NCBI GenBank assembly: GCA_013239625.1
Contig: MU054187.1
Coordinates: 12,441,325 to 12,505,324, forward strand
Length of the DNA: 64,000 nucleotides
From: Lama guanicoe
Taxonomy: Eukaryota
Direction of reading: 5' to 3'
The notes below the pieces were generated by a model. That model did no database searches. It had not been told where the DNA came from and was given only the letters and a program-made list of their open reading frames with translations. Shown here piece after piece: positions 27,161-41,298 of this stretch (positions are counted from its first letter, which is position 1; the number at the start of each line of letters is the position of its first letter). The translations under genes were made by a program, and so were the position numbers.

Positions 27161-28710
27161 GCATTTTATTACGTGCCAGACATTTTATTTGCAAAGCTGT
27201 TTGTAGAAATAATTGAGTGAACTTGGATGATGAGAGGATTTACGTTCCTAGTGCCTGGAGTGGGGGTGGGGGAGATGCTAGCAATAATCTGTTGAGGAAC
27301 TGAGATGATTAGAAAGTTTTTAGTCTCCATTTTTAGGGCCTATGTATTTCAGTTCACTGATTCTCTTAGGAGGTAGTTCTTCAGGGTCCCAACCCAAAGT
27401 GGAGGGTTTACTTGGGTCCTACCTTCTTAGTAAACCCTAAATTCCAGTCCCTGTGTCCTCAACCCCAAAGAAGCTGTCAGAAGTACGGACCAGCCTCCCG
27501 GGAACTCAGCAGCCCCTCTGAAATGCGGACACCACCCTTGGTTCACCTCCCTTGCCCTGTAGTTCCCTGGATCAGGCCCAGTATTTCTTCACTCTCCTCT
27601 TAGTTCTCCTTTGCCTTTGAGTAGATGACCCTTATCTTTTGTCCAGATTTTTCTGGTTTCTCTAAGGGAGAGTGTTTATCTGAAATACTTAGGTGGCCAT
27701 TATCTTCCATTACCAGAAGTGGAAGTCCCCAAGTCTAATGCTGATAGCTTTTATTTTTTCCCCTCATTAATCTTAATTTTCTGATTTTCTTGAATAGTCT
27801 CAGTTGTTTATTCCAAGATAAATGTTTGAGTTACTTAATTGATTAAAATTTTCAATTGGCAATGCGATCAGAATTATATTATACCCGTAAATTAATTTAG
27901 GGAGTTTTGACAACCTCAGTTTTCACATTCACAAAAATGGTGTGTCTCTCAATGTGCTCGCATTTTTCAAATGTTCTCCTGTATAGTTTTATAATTTTTC
28001 GTTCCTGGACATTTATTGTTAAGTGTATGCTTCTCTCTTTATCGTTTTGCTATTGTGAATGGAATCTTTTCTCTATTTCAGTTTTAACTGTTTAATAGTG
28101 ATTTAAAGGATTTTTATATATTAATTTTATAAGTAGTCATTTTATTAGTTTATTTTCTCTTTTTTTTTTAATCATAAAAGCTTGTAAGGGCATGAGTTCA
28201 CCCCTAAGTGTAGTTTTCCGGGCTCTTACTTTTAGGATAGGAGGTTTAATTTTTTTTTTAATGTGAGTTTTTAAAAGCTTTATTGTAGATTAAATATGTT
28301 TTATTAATTTCTAATTTTATTATCTTTAATCAGAAAGTGTGATCTTTTTAATTACTGCTATTTAAATCTTTTTCTTTTAGATTTTCTTTGCCCTAATATA
28401 TGATCATTTTTCAAAAAAGTCTTCTTTGGACATACATAAAGTGTATGGTTCAAATTTCCATGACTTTGTTTTTGCCTAATTGGATTGATATAGGTTTTAT
28501 GAAGGCGCTGTTACTACACTACAATGCAATTCTATTTCCATAACTCATTTTTATCTCTAAAAGTTTTGCTCTATGTGTTTTTGGTGCTGTATTACTTGAT
28601 GAATACATGTTCAGTGCTATTATTAATTCTCTATTGATTACATCTATTAGAAACATAAATAACTGTATTTATCTTATTGTATAAAGTGTGAGTTGTTAGA
28701 AGAGTAAATA

Positions 28711-28936
28711 CAGTCATCCCTCAGTATCCAAGGGGGACTGGTTTCAGAACCTGCTGCAGGGACCAAAATTTGCAGATGTTCAAGTCCCATAGCTGGTCCT
28801 CTATGCCCACAGATGTGGAACTGTGGATTTAGTAAACCAGGAGTCATGTATATTGTATGCATTTATCGAAAAAAATCCACATATCAATGGACCTGTGCAG
28901 TTTAAACTTGTGCACAAGTTGTTCAAGTGTCAACTG
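28711..28936. mobile_element. Tigger-family (TcMar) MITE inserted into a MIR
   Basis: TA|cagtcatccctc...aagtgtcaactg|TA ends; MIR 3' sequence resumes afterwards. Confidence 0.8.
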
Positions 28937-29189
28937 TAAAATAATATGAGGAAAGCACTTAGGGTAGTACACTGGCACACAAGTGCTCAATAAATGATGG
29001 CTGATCTTTTCTATTTCTCTTATTTTTTATGTTTTATTTCTTTTGTTTTGTGCTAGCTGTGTTCTCTCATAAACAGAAAGTTGCTGAATTTGGGTTTTAA
29101 AATGTGGTTTATTGAAATTAAACATTCAGTAATGTAATATTGTAAATCAACTGTACTTTAGTACAAATAATTCACATGTTGATACATAA

Positions 29190-29440
29190 TGCACAATGTG
29201 ACTGTATTAGGAGATGGGGTCTTTGGGAGGTGATTAGGTCATAAGGATGGAACCCCACGAATGGGATCAGTGCCCTTGTAGAAGAAGTGAACAAAGAAAT
29301 CTCCCCACCTGCTTTTACCATGTAAGGTTACAAGAAAATTACAGCTGTCCAGAAAGCAGGTCTTACTAAATATCAAATCCGCCAGCACATTAATCTTGGA
29401 CTTTACAGGCTCCAGAACTGTGAGGAAAAAAAGTTTATTT
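29190..29440 (+). mobile_element. MaLR (MLT1A-like) LTR fragment
   Basis: ggggtctttgggaggtgattaggtcat...atcttggactttacaggctccagaactgtgag. Confidence 0.75.
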
Positions 29441-30040
29441 TTTATTAAAACAAAATTCAAGAAGTGCACAAATTCTAAGTGTAGCTCAATGAATATTTAT
29501 AAAGTGAACAAAGATGTGGAACCGGGCTTCTGATCAAGAACATCCAGAAACCCTCCTCTTGCCTCCTTCTAGTCACTAGCCTCACTGAGGGTAACCATTT
29601 CTAACACCACAGACTAGTTTCATGTTGTTTTGAATTTTATATAAATGGATTCATCAGTGTGTGCACTTCTGTGTCTGGGCTCTTTTGCTCAACATTGTGT
29701 CAGTGAGATTCACCCATGTAGGCAGGTACAACTGAAGTTGTTAATTCCTTGCTAATTCTTACTGCTGAATAATATTCCATCACGTGAATATACCACAATT
29801 TAATTTTGCACTTTTTGTTGATGGTCTTTTGGGCACTGTCTTGTTTAGGACCATCTCAAACAGTGCTGCTGTGAACACTCTTCTGTGTAGATTTCAGTCA
29901 ACCTCAGATGCACTTTGGTTGGGAATGTGCCTTGGGGTGGAATTGCTGGGTTACAGGATATGCATGTTTTAGTTTTACAAGACACTGATAAACAGTTCTA
30001 TAAAGTGGTTGTACCAATTTACATGCCCACAGACTGTGCC
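29440..30040 (-). mobile_element. Old L1M 3' fragment
   Basis: aaagtggttgtaccaatttaca and ggaattgctgggtta motifs. Confidence 0.7.
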
Positions 30041-33000
30041 TTTTAATAAGAGTTTTCAATTGTCATAACTGTTATGACCACTGTCATGTTATTTTGTGGT
30101 TTTGTTTTGGCTTTCTTGCTGTTCTTTTTTATTCAGTTCTCTTTTCAATATAAACAGAACTTTGTTTTTGCTTGCCTTTCGCAATATTTTAGAGGGTGAA
30201 GAACCTGTTTTTAATTTTACTAATGGTTACTATACAGCAATTCATAATCAATGTCACAAGTCTCACTAATTACCTAAATTACAATAAAAACAATTACTCT
30301 GACTCACTTTTTATAAAAATGAAGATTGCAGTGCTTTTACTTTTGCTCCCTTCTCTGATTCCTGTTTTCAAGAAATTAATGTTGTGTCATAAATCCTGTC
30401 ATCCAAAAGTTAGCCTATCAGAGAGGTGCTAATCTGTAGGGCTTGATACTGGCCCATATTAAATTGATCCACTGGCACAATGCCATTGACCTTGAATGCT
30501 GTAGTAAGAAAAGCCATGAAACTACTGATTGTGATTATGAGGATCTTGCTCATTGCATTCCCGTGTTTTCCCAGCAAGACATTTTTCTCTGATCACAGAA
30601 CCAGAAATCGAGCTTTTCAATGAGCACATGGTTTGCTTTTACCTTATGAACCTGGATAGTTCCCCCTTTGTAACACTGGCTCCTAGGAAACTTAGAATAT
30701 ATTTTATCTCTCTGTGTCTATATCTTTGAAAACAGTATTGAACCCTTTTGGAAATGAGATGAAACATGAATCAATGTGACAGGAAAAAGATGGCTTCCAT
30801 GTTGATGGTGGTCACTGCCAAGGAGAGAAGTGAGATTAAGAAGAATGAAGAGTGAAAATAACTTTTCCTGTTTATTCATCTGTGTCATGTGCCTTATCTG
30901 AGTATGAATTTGTGTGTTAGTGGTATAAGTTTAAAAACAAATGTGTATATATTGAAAAGAAAGAAAATAAAGGCAATTCCATTTAGGAGCTGGAACAGGA
31001 CTTCCAAGACATGATCTGACTCAGAAACTCAAAACCTTCTCTCCAGCAAAAACACTAAATGCTGACACATAGTAGGCCCTTAATAATTTCTTTGATGATT
31101 CAATGAATGAACTGTAAGTATGCACTCCAAGGCTCACTTCCTCATGGAGTAAATACACAACAAAGGAGGCATCAGGGCACCCAGACAATAAATTCCTTCT
31201 CCATTGAATCTTCCCAGAACTTTCCTTTACTCTTCTCAGGACGGCGGCTCCTTACCCGTCCAGTCCAGTGAGGAGGCTCTTACCATCAACTGGGAGAGTC
31301 ATCCAAGACATGGCAGACGTTTTCCCCACTTTTCCAAGGTTTGTGCTCCCCTTCCCTGCTGTCACCACTGGTGCCTCTTGCTCAGTGGTAAGACCAGAGC
31401 TGCTCTCAGTTTATCCCGAAGTCGTTGGTTCTTAAGTCTGGGTTCCCTGTGAAGGACCCAGGGCAGAGGGACACGCGACTCAGGAAAGAGCGGGGAAAAG
31501 CATGTGCTCCCATAAACTGGGCGGTCCCCACTTAGCCCTGCGACCCTCACCCCATCCAGGCTCCCTCATAGCTGGGCCCCCGCTCACTGGTTGTTGTGGC
31601 CAAGAAAGAACACATGGAACCTTTCTGGATAATTTTTGGGGAATTGGAGAAGAGATGAGAAAAGAAAATGTAAAAAAAAACAAAAACAAAACCCAAATGC
31701 TCTAGGCCTGTTTTTAAATTCCCCTTCAAGAAATCTCATCGGCTTCCTCCAATGGTTGGACAGCTTGGATTTTGCCTGAGCTAATTAGGTATTGAGTAGA
31801 CTCACCGAATTCTATGTGTGGGTGTGATACCCACGCACATTGGATCCAAATTAACGGAGTTTTATATTATTTTTCTATGTTCTTTAATCCAACCAAATTT
31901 TAATTTTAAATCAAATTTCTGGAGCCTTGAATACAACAGTATAGCAGCAAGGAAAATAAATGCATTTCGAAAGGGAAAAAAAAGCAACCTGCTGTTTGAT
32001 TTACATCATTTTATTAATGGGTTAGTCAACATTTATTCAGAACCCACTGGGTACAGTACATAATAGGCATGTGGGAAAATTACACAAGATGTAGGGAGAT
32101 ATTTCTTCTGCCTGCAAGAAATCCAACCAATTTAGTTGAATGGAACATACCAACTAAAGACATATGAGAACAGCTAAAAATACAAATAATGGGAACCTGG
32201 TGATTCCACTAAGGACATGGTAGTTTCAATTGCCCGTGAGCGCTGAAAGGCTGGCTGGGTGAGCGGTCCTCAGACATACGTGCAAGGAAACATCCCACTT
32301 GGGGATATTGTGGCATTTTCCTGGCAAAATCCATCCAACGGCAAGCCTCACCTTTCTTTGTCACTATAGGAATAACCGTACAGGTAAATGTGGTGACCTG
32401 GGAGGGCTATTTTTCTAACCATAATACCTGTTTTTATTTAACTGATTATATCATCGTGGCCATTTGGGGATTTATGCCACAGGCTTTGTGACTATCTCAG
32501 CTCAAGACTCTTTTATTGGCCAGCCCTCAATTTGTGGCCTTCATGTAAAATCAAGTGTCTGCTCTGGATAAATCTGGCTTTTAAGGGGAGTGTACTCCAC
32601 TTTTCAAAGCCTCCTTATCTGTGCTTTCTGTTGGCAGAAATCTGTAAAGCTGCCAAGGATCTGGCCAAAGACTGTTTTGAATGAGAAAGGGTGGGTCCCA
32701 GCTCCCTTCTGACTTGTCAAGAGCATTTCTGGGTCTTTGCGGGGAAACCGTGAGGCTTAACTGCTCGTGCTTTTGAGTGGAGTGCCTTTGCGGCCCACTT
32801 AATGGCTCAGAGTGATGGGTCTCAGCGCACTTGTGGGGAAGGACCGATTTTGTTTTAAATCCATTGTGGAGCAATATTTTAAAAAACAACAAAAAAATAA
32901 GCTACTAGGAAAATTCAATTAAAAAAACCCCAAAGACTATAAAACACAAACTCAATTTTTTTTTGGTTCAACAGACATAAAACTACTCTTTCAAACTGCC

Positions 33001-36000
33001 ATAAAAGTTCTAAAGGCTTACTTCGTCTCTGTACATATCTCATTGCAGATTGATTACAGACAGTTTGCAGATTAGAACAGGAACTGGTCCCTGGCCTGAA
33101 GTTTGAGCAGCACTATCTTAAAAGATGATGAGGCTGTGGGTTATTTTCGAATAGGAGACTTTCAACTAATTGCTTAAGGCCAGGGGGCGGACCCCTGAAG
33201 TTGATTCCGTGCAGTTTTTTGCTCTGACTTAAACCAGAACTTGATAGTCTGAAATCAACAATGTTTCTCCCTGAAAGCCAGTTACCATCTCTCCTGGCCT
33301 CCCAGCTGAGATGCGCGCTCTTCTGCCCACTCGCCTGGAATGATTTAGTGCATTGTCCTAGTTTATTAACCTTCAGGGTCTCATTTAATGTGAGGAGGAA
33401 GGAAATAGTAAAATAATGCCAATCACACTTGCTAGAAAATAAGCAGACACTTCACCCGTCAGACCTACCAGTGTTGCTGAGAGGGTCCCAAGAAGTTTCA
33501 TTTTCACTGGCATCTTCGCAGGAGAAAGACCAGCTAAGAAAACCAGGGGAAAACAAGGGATGGATGTCCTCCTTTCCTGGGACCTGCCCGCTATCCACCT
33601 GCCAACCACGCAGGTATCCACCTGCCGACCACACCTCTCCATGGAGACGGCGGCAGGAGGAAGGTTTCAGAGAGATGGTGGCGCCAAGGAAATTGGGTGG
33701 ACCCGGAGGCCCCGGGCCTGGTGTCAACGTTGTCAGTGAGCTGTTCTAACCAACGCTCGGAATCTATAGGGACAAACAACACAGGCGTGATTCCTGCCCT
33801 CACTGAGTTTAGAAAGTGAGGACAAGTAGCTATGTACAAAAACAATGACAAATTGTAAGTGTTGTAAGGGCGTATGCTGAATGCTTGAAAGAGACAGAAG
33901 GATGGAGGGAAGGGGAGGAAAGGCCTGTTTGAGAAAAGTACCTGTAAGCTGAGAAGCCCAGGGTGGGTACCTCTAAGGCCCAAGAGTGAGGGCGGCATTG
34001 TTGGAGGATAAGGAATAGGCTGCTGGAGGGTGTTTTGGAGACTGAGGTCGGAGAGGCCGGTTCTTTGCTATACCAGGGTGTAAAAATGCAAACATCCCTT
34101 CCCCATTTCTTCCATTTAGATGCAACCTCCAGCCCTGGGGCCCTGCTGCGCCCAGGGAAAGATGAAGATGCCTGGGATTCGGAGGAAACTGTCCGCTCAA
34201 GAACGGACATTTGCAGAGCTCCAGGGGAGGCAGAGAGCGTAGGCACCCGTTAAAACTGAGCTTCTTTGAGATGAGAAACACTAAGTATAAAATATCCTAC
34301 GTGGCTAGTAACTTCAGCGTTTTGTTCAGGCAACTGGAAATATCAATTTCAAATCATTTAAAGCCAGAATTTCAGATCAGTGAATGAAGTTCCAGGACTG
34401 CATTCAGCTTGGTCCCTCCTATTGGCCATTGCATCACATCAAATTGTAGTAAAGTGGAAGGGCTTCTTTTTGGAATTCTGAAGCCCGGTGTGTGAAATGG
34501 AAGAGTGCTATTTCAGCTGGAAGTGTAGCTCCTGTATAAAGGAGCAGCTGCAGTAATCAAGGCAAGAAAAAAAAAAAAAAACAACCCCACAGGCTGAAAG
34601 TGTTTCCTTTAGCAGAGAATTTGTGACATTAGTGTTTTTTGTTTTTTTTAAAGGAACAAATGTCAAAGGCAGCTGGGTTAATGAGTATAGTGTGTCCAGC
34701 TGCTCTTACCTCTGGAGACCAAGCACGTTGAAGTTGATGGGGTGTGAGCGGAAAAAGAGGGTGGTGATTGCAGCAGCCCCTAACGGGTCCTCACTGCACG
34801 TCAATGCATAATGGGGGATGACTGGCACTGCCTGCTGAACAGGAGATGCTGGACTGTCATTAAGATGTTGGCGCTCATCAGAATACAGTGAAACAAGGGC
34901 TGCAGTGATTACTTAAACCTGAAGCTACATTCCACAGGATGGCTTTGCTTTTCAAATTCTTTGTTGTTTCAGTGTTCTCACTGGGGGGAAAAAACCCACA
35001 GGCCGTGCAAAATTAAGATGCTGTGTCATAGTAAAATGAATGAGATGAGACTGCTTTCTGTTTAATGGCCAGCATTTAGAGAAGTGCTCTATAAAGGTCG
35101 ATGGAAATCCCTGCAGAATATTTTCCCTCACTTCAGAAATTTCTTTTTGCTACGTGGTGATTCCGCATCCCCCTCACATTCCTCTGTTCCGTTATTTCTG
35201 CGTCGAGACGGAGCTTACTCACCGTGTCCTATCAGTGGAGAAACGTCTTCTAGGTTTGACCTGGGTTTTCTATTCACTGAGAATGCCTGATGTTGCGGTT
35301 TTGCGAGCTCTCTTTGAAAATCAGGTTGAACCAAGCCTTGCATAATTCTTTTGAATTTTTCAAAGCTTCCTCTGTGTATTAGGATTCAGGTAAATTCCAA
35401 TTTTATACTCCCGGTGGTCATTTAGGAGTAATCCTTAATCCTACAGAATTGAATTCACTTTTTAAAAACTACACTTGATCTTTCTATCTTTCATTTCTTA
35501 GCATAGATACAGTTTTTCCTTCTGACCTGGGTTGCAAATAACCTGTGTCTTACTGTTTTGCTTGCTTCTTGTGAACGAAATCAGCAAGACATAGAAAAGG
35601 ACCGCTCTAGTTGCTCAGATCACTAGTAACCTAAATTAGTTTAGTCAAATTGCATTCTTGAAAAATTAATCTCTAATCGTTCTCCTAAGAAGTTTTATTA
35701 TAGTTTCTAATATTTGGGGGAGGAAAAAGCTGTTAGTCCAGAATCAATCAACCATACACTACAAAACATCCTCAGTCTTCAGATTTTGGTCTGTTTCATA
35801 TATTACTCACACTTAGGCGTCTATCCACCCCATCCAGGCCTTCCAGTCTATTTGCAGAATTGTAATTTCTAGGACATTTTACGAGATCAGTTTGAATTTC
35901 TTGATGAACATTATCTTATAACAACCCTTTTCCTCTCCCCCGTAAATGTTCTCATTTACCTGATGGAGCTCCAGTCTTCCCATTAGAAGGTAAGGCGACT

Positions 36001-38419
36001 CTAAGCAGCTTAAAGTTCTCAGGAAGTTGTACTCACTCTCATGTAAATGAAAGTGTGGTTTCATAAACCACAGGTCTCTGATTTTTAAAAAAATCATTCT
36101 TTAGAAACTATACATGCTATTTGCTTTTGTGATTATTGTGTTACGTAAGCGTAAGTGATTCAGTACAGACTCGAAAGTTTGATTTGTGGACTTATGCTGG
36201 GTAAGCATGCTTACTGCCTTACAATGATTCAACGTCTGCCATAGTGGCTTAAACATCTCGGGCAATGTCATTGCCCTCCCCCACCCCACCAAGGGCAGCA
36301 ACCAGGGAGCACTGGTCTTGCACTGTGAGCATGACGCTCATCGACCTTGTACCACGGGTCCTACAGGGGAAAGGAGCAACAGCTCAGAACGACTCACTAC
36401 TTACTATGAGCCATTCACCCCCTGTGCTGTTTGTTACAAACTTCTGAGCTAACAACTAACATCTAGTAAGGATCAGGCATGGAGCGATGTACAACCTGCC
36501 CTTAGAGCTACCTCGTGGGGTAGGTCCTACTGCTTATCTCAGGAAACTGAAGCACGGACATTAATCAGATCCTACAGAGCTGACTGACTGGTGGAGGAGT
36601 CAAGATTTGAACTCTGGCCTGCTGGTCTCACTGCTATGTACCTATTAGTATCAACAGAAATCAACAAGGTTATCACTTGAAGTTTGGTCTTCAAAATGAG
36701 AAGAGATTCCTTTCTTTGGCCAAGGTGAAGTCAAAGTTAAATTACTAATGGTTATGGATTAGACTATATAATGGAACCTAAGCTTCTTAAATACTTTTTT
36801 CTAATTGGCTTCTTTTCAGGATGTGCAAAATGTTTGATTTCAGCCTTAAGCAAATACAGTATTAATCTTTTCACTAAAAATAGTTAAGCTAGACAAATTG
36901 GCTTAGGCTTTTCTTGAATATGGGATAAAGCTGGGTGACGTGTGGCACACAGATACCTAGGGCAGACTTCTGTAAAGCAAGTTATGCGTAGGTAAACACG
37001 GACTAAGTTTGTCTTTGTAAATACTGTGCTCTGCTGTCTTCACAAGATACAGCTGAGCCTCCCGCAAATGGCTGATGGTTTTACGTGGTGCTCAGTAACC
37101 AGATTAACGAAGCCCTGTTAAGAGAGCATTGACTTCTTGTCTCTTATTTCATCCTGGTTGGCTGGGCTGTCTGTCTACCCAGGGATTCTACAGTACATTC
37201 TCAGTCCAACTCCATTCATTCTCTTCAGGCCCTGGGTTACTAGTCTTTATTCTTCCTCCTAACACTTGCTAATGTCCACTTTGGAATTCCCAACCCAAAG
37301 TTTTATAGGAGATTCTTCTTAACTGAATTACCTATCACATCTAAGGTGATCTTTCTGGAAAAACATCCGTAGAAGCCTTACCCTAGAATTTCCTCCAGGG
37401 TTACTTTTAAAGCCACTCTTTAAAAAAGGCAAACAGGTGATCAATATCAATTTTTATTGGTGTCCACATGGAGACAGGCAGCAGAACCAGTTTTCAGTGA
37501 AAACATTTGGCAACACCCTGGAAATACAGGTGTCATTGGCTGTTGTGAACATTTGTGCAACAAAACATTTCTCTCCCATTTCCTCATCTACACAAGCTTT
37601 GCTCCAGAATTAGTTCTGAATCGAAGGACTGTGCAGAATTACTTAATTTTAGACGAACGCCGTTAAAACTTCTGCTCCAGAATAGTCCACTTGGACGACT
37701 CACAGCCGTGTCCTGAAACGCAGGGAGAAGGCATTTTACAGAGCGAATGACTAAAGCCCAGGTTGGCAAAGCAGCTAGTTGGAGCTCACTCAGTGAGACA
37801 GCTGTCCTGGCTCACGGTCCCACCACGATGCTTCCCATCTGACCAGAGGCTGGGTGACAGTGGCAGCTTCTGCAGGATCTGGAAGCCAGTAGAGAAGAAC
37901 CTTCCTCGGAGCATTTGGGAGGAGGGGTCTACGGCTTACTCTGTACAGTTACACTTGTGTATGAACGTGTGCCTTGCAAAGTTTCACCTATACACCAAGG
38001 GCTTTCTCCCCCCGCCGAAACCCACAGCGTAAGCTGTAGAACACAAGCGCTGTATGTAATTTCACAGGAAAGAAGGCTCCTCAAATGAACTGGGAAACAC
38101 TACTTATTATCTCTGTTGTCATCATTCTAGGTGCATTAGGAAGCACATCTGCATATCGAGGAATGACCAGTCCTGTAGTAAAAAAAAAAACCGGATTTAA
38201 CTTAAGAGTCCCTGGATTTATTTGGTTATGAACCATTTTTATCCCCCAGTTGTCTTCATTAATACATGAAAGTAATCATCTTTTCCAGCAGAACACACTT
38301 TTGGGGAAAGGTTATTCTAAATGTCTATCAAGATTATACTGTTTAAACATGTATACATTTTAATGAGATTATATGCTAAAACAGCACCAACACTTGCTAA
38401 CAAAGAAAACACCCAGGAT

Positions 38420-39932
38420 AGCTTGTGAAAGTAAAAATTTTTATTCTGATTGACTTCTCAATGTATAGTTCAATATAATGCCAGTTTTTAACGGCAGAGA
38501 TTTGGTTCCACTCAAACTCCATGATGCTACAGAGAGCTACTACTTTTCCAGGGAAGTAGGTAAACAGCTGGAAACAGAAAGCACAACTTTCTAGCAGCTT
38601 GGCAACTTATTAAACTGCAGACCTAGTAGGTCTGCAACTTTTATACTAAAAATGGCGCAAACATTAGCTGGTGACAAAAGTGGGAAGTGGGGAACAAGAT
38701 GTGAACATCAAAAGGAGTGATGTATGTCCCGTAAAGACAACAAAAACCCAAATAGAGCTACAAAGATTTTAAAGGATAATTATAGAAAAGGGAACCAAAT
38801 ACTTTACTCAAATGTTTTTTAGAGCCTTTCTGTAGAGATACAAATATATATATATATATATATTTATCCAAAAATATGTTTTATACAGATAAATGTTTCT
38901 CAATTAAAGGTGGGACCAAAGCTATAGTTATAACATAAAGTACTGTCTTTTCTAAGACTATTTATCCACCTGAATTTTCAATTTAAGGTTAGTGCATTAG
39001 ATGTTTTCCAAATATATTTACCCAACATCCTTCTTATAGATATAAATCAAGTAGGCATTATTTTTTAAAAGGGTTTTCAGGTTAAACACTATTTTTCTAA
39101 GATGCTGTGCGTACTGAACTTATGACAAGCCCCATTAAAGAATCCTTATTAATAAAAGTATCAAAAAGGGCTATGTTTAGATTTTCTTCTTTATAGTAAA
39201 TATTTAATTTTCTGATTTCCAGTTTACAAGTGTTGAAAATGCACAACAAAGACTTTACTTCACAAGTACTTTTATGTTAATATAAGATATTTTGATTCAA
39301 TATATATGGTAATAAATCTCCACACGTCATAACCAAAGTATGCTTTTTTCCCTAAAAAAATGGGGATGTAACATTAACAACCACTATAAAATAAAGTACA
39401 CAATTATTTTGGTGACTTTACAAATCTTTTTTCCCAGGTGTAAAGGCTACAAAAATTCCTAAAAATTAGAGAACACTGAAAACATATTAAAGTTTGACAT
39501 CTGACTTTGAGTATTTCCATTTTGCCCTGAATGATAACTTAAAAAATATGACCTTGCTGGAACAGGCCATCTTGCTAATATAAAAAATTGGTGAGAGCAA
39601 GAAATTGTATTACTGATATGTAGAATTTTTGTAAATAGTTCACTCTCCAAATCATTAGAAAAACGCTCTAAGATAAAAAACAAAATGAAATATGGTGGTG
39701 GTCCCTAAACTATTCTGAAGGCAGGTAGCTTAGTCTAAGCTAAAATAATTTTTTCACTCATAGTAATCATCCTCCCCTCAAATGCCTTAAAAAAGAATGC
39801 ATGAAACAGTACAATAGCAAGAATCAAAGAGCACAAACTGTATTTTCAAGAACAGAAAAAGACCTCTAGGGCTGAAAGATACAGTAAAAAGCAGATTTCT
39901 TTGGGGACATTAATCAATTAGATTATAATTCA
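38420..39932 (-). other. TRAM1: TRAM1 3'UTR (~1.5 kb; end approximate)
   Basis: AT-rich sequence with no interspersed repeat recognised, running from the stop codon to the AATAAA at 38440-38445. Confidence 0.75.
38440..38445 (-). terminator. Polyadenylation signal AATAAA for TRAM1
   Basis: AATAAA on the minus strand, followed ~25-45 nt later by GU/U-rich cctgggtgttttctttgtt. Confidence 0.7.
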
Positions 39933-40006
39933 TTATGAAGATTTCTCTTTTCTTTTACGGGGAGAATCTGCTCCATTTGAAGTTACTGTTCCATTTACAC
40001 CATTTT
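39933..40006 (-). CDS. TRAM1: TRAM1 exon 11 coding part ([24 protein letters not shown])
   Basis: 74 nt; ttttcag acceptor; TAA at 39933-39935; C-terminal KEKSS is a KxKxx-type ER retrieval motif. Confidence 0.96.
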
Positions 40007-40120
40007 CTGAAAAGAGAAAAAAATCAAGGTTAATTTCTTTGATAAATAAATGCAAGTAATAACATCTTTATACATATAGGTACCTTCAGAAAAGAAAATA
40101 TAAAACCCAACGTATACCCA

Positions 40121-40190
40121 GAGGGGTGGGTGTAAACTCAGTGGTAGAACGCGTGCTTAGCATGAATGAGGTCCTGGGTTCAATCCCTCT
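40121..40190 (+). mobile_element. Truncated tRNA-derived SINE head
   Basis: ctcagtggtagaacgcgtgcttagcatgaatgaggtcctgggttcaatccc, similar to the 26855 copy. Confidence 0.8.
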
Positions 40191-41251
40191 GTCAATAACT
40201 GAAAAAGCAAAACTCCTTCCAGTGAGTCAGTAAAGATACGAAAGACTGAACAACACAAACTGACCTAACACCTGTCTACAGAACATAATACTCAATGGAC
40301 ACAGAATATACCACCTTTTCAAGTCCAAATGGAACATTTACCAAAATTGAACACACACTGAGTGAGCCATAATGAAAGTCGCAACAAACTTCAAAGAACT
40401 GAAATCATTCAGACTATGTTCTTTAACCAGAGTTGAATTAAGCTAGAAATTAGTAGCAAAAAGAAAACTAGAAAATGCCCAAGTATTTGTAAATTAAACA
40501 ATGTACTTATACATAATCCATCGGTCAAAGGAGAAGTTACAACTGGAATTATAAAATATTTTGAACTGAACGATAATGAAAAAACATATCAAAACTTGTA
40601 AAATAAAGGTAAAGCATTGCTGAAAGGGAAGTTTGCCCTTAATTACAGGTAATTCATGAGAAGGGATGAAAATCAATGATCCATCTCAACAAGGTAAACC
40701 ACAAACAACAAAATAGCAAATTAAACTTAAAGAAAGGGAAATAAACAGAAATGACACAACTGAGAAAATCCGCAAAAGAAGCCAAATGTTGGTTCTTGGC
40801 TGATGGAAAAAAAAAAAAGAGAGAGAGAAAAAGGCATAAATTACTAACACAGGAAATGAAAAATGGAAATCACTGCTGCTCTACAGGCATTACTAAGGTA
40901 ACAGGATAGTATGAATAATTTTACATCAATACACATTACAAATTTAGACAAAATGGATAAATTCCTTGAAAAACACAATTTACCAAAAGAGAGACAGTAA
41001 TAAATAGAAAAACCTGAACAATCCTATTCTCTATTAAAGAATGTGAATCTGTTTTTAAAAATCCCCCTCCTAAAAGACCAAAAAACCCCAAAAACTTCCC
41101 ATAAAGAAGAGTCCAGTCTAGACAGTTTTACTGGTGAATCCTTCCAAACATTTAAGTGAGAAATAATGCAGATCCTACACAAAGGACAAAACTGCCCAAA
41201 ACTTTTATAAAGCCGACATAACTCTGATATCAAAACCTAACAAGGATATTC

Positions 41252-41252
<1 letters not shown>

Positions 41253-41294
<42 letters not shown>
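41253..41294. repeat. Pure A42 homopolymer
   Basis: Seen directly. Confidence 0.95.

Positions 41295-41298
<4 letters not shown>

Noticed and set aside
33385..34281. Cluster of overlapping 70-138 aa ORFs
   Set aside because: GC-rich and partly L2-like sequence, no recognisable protein similarity or exon structure
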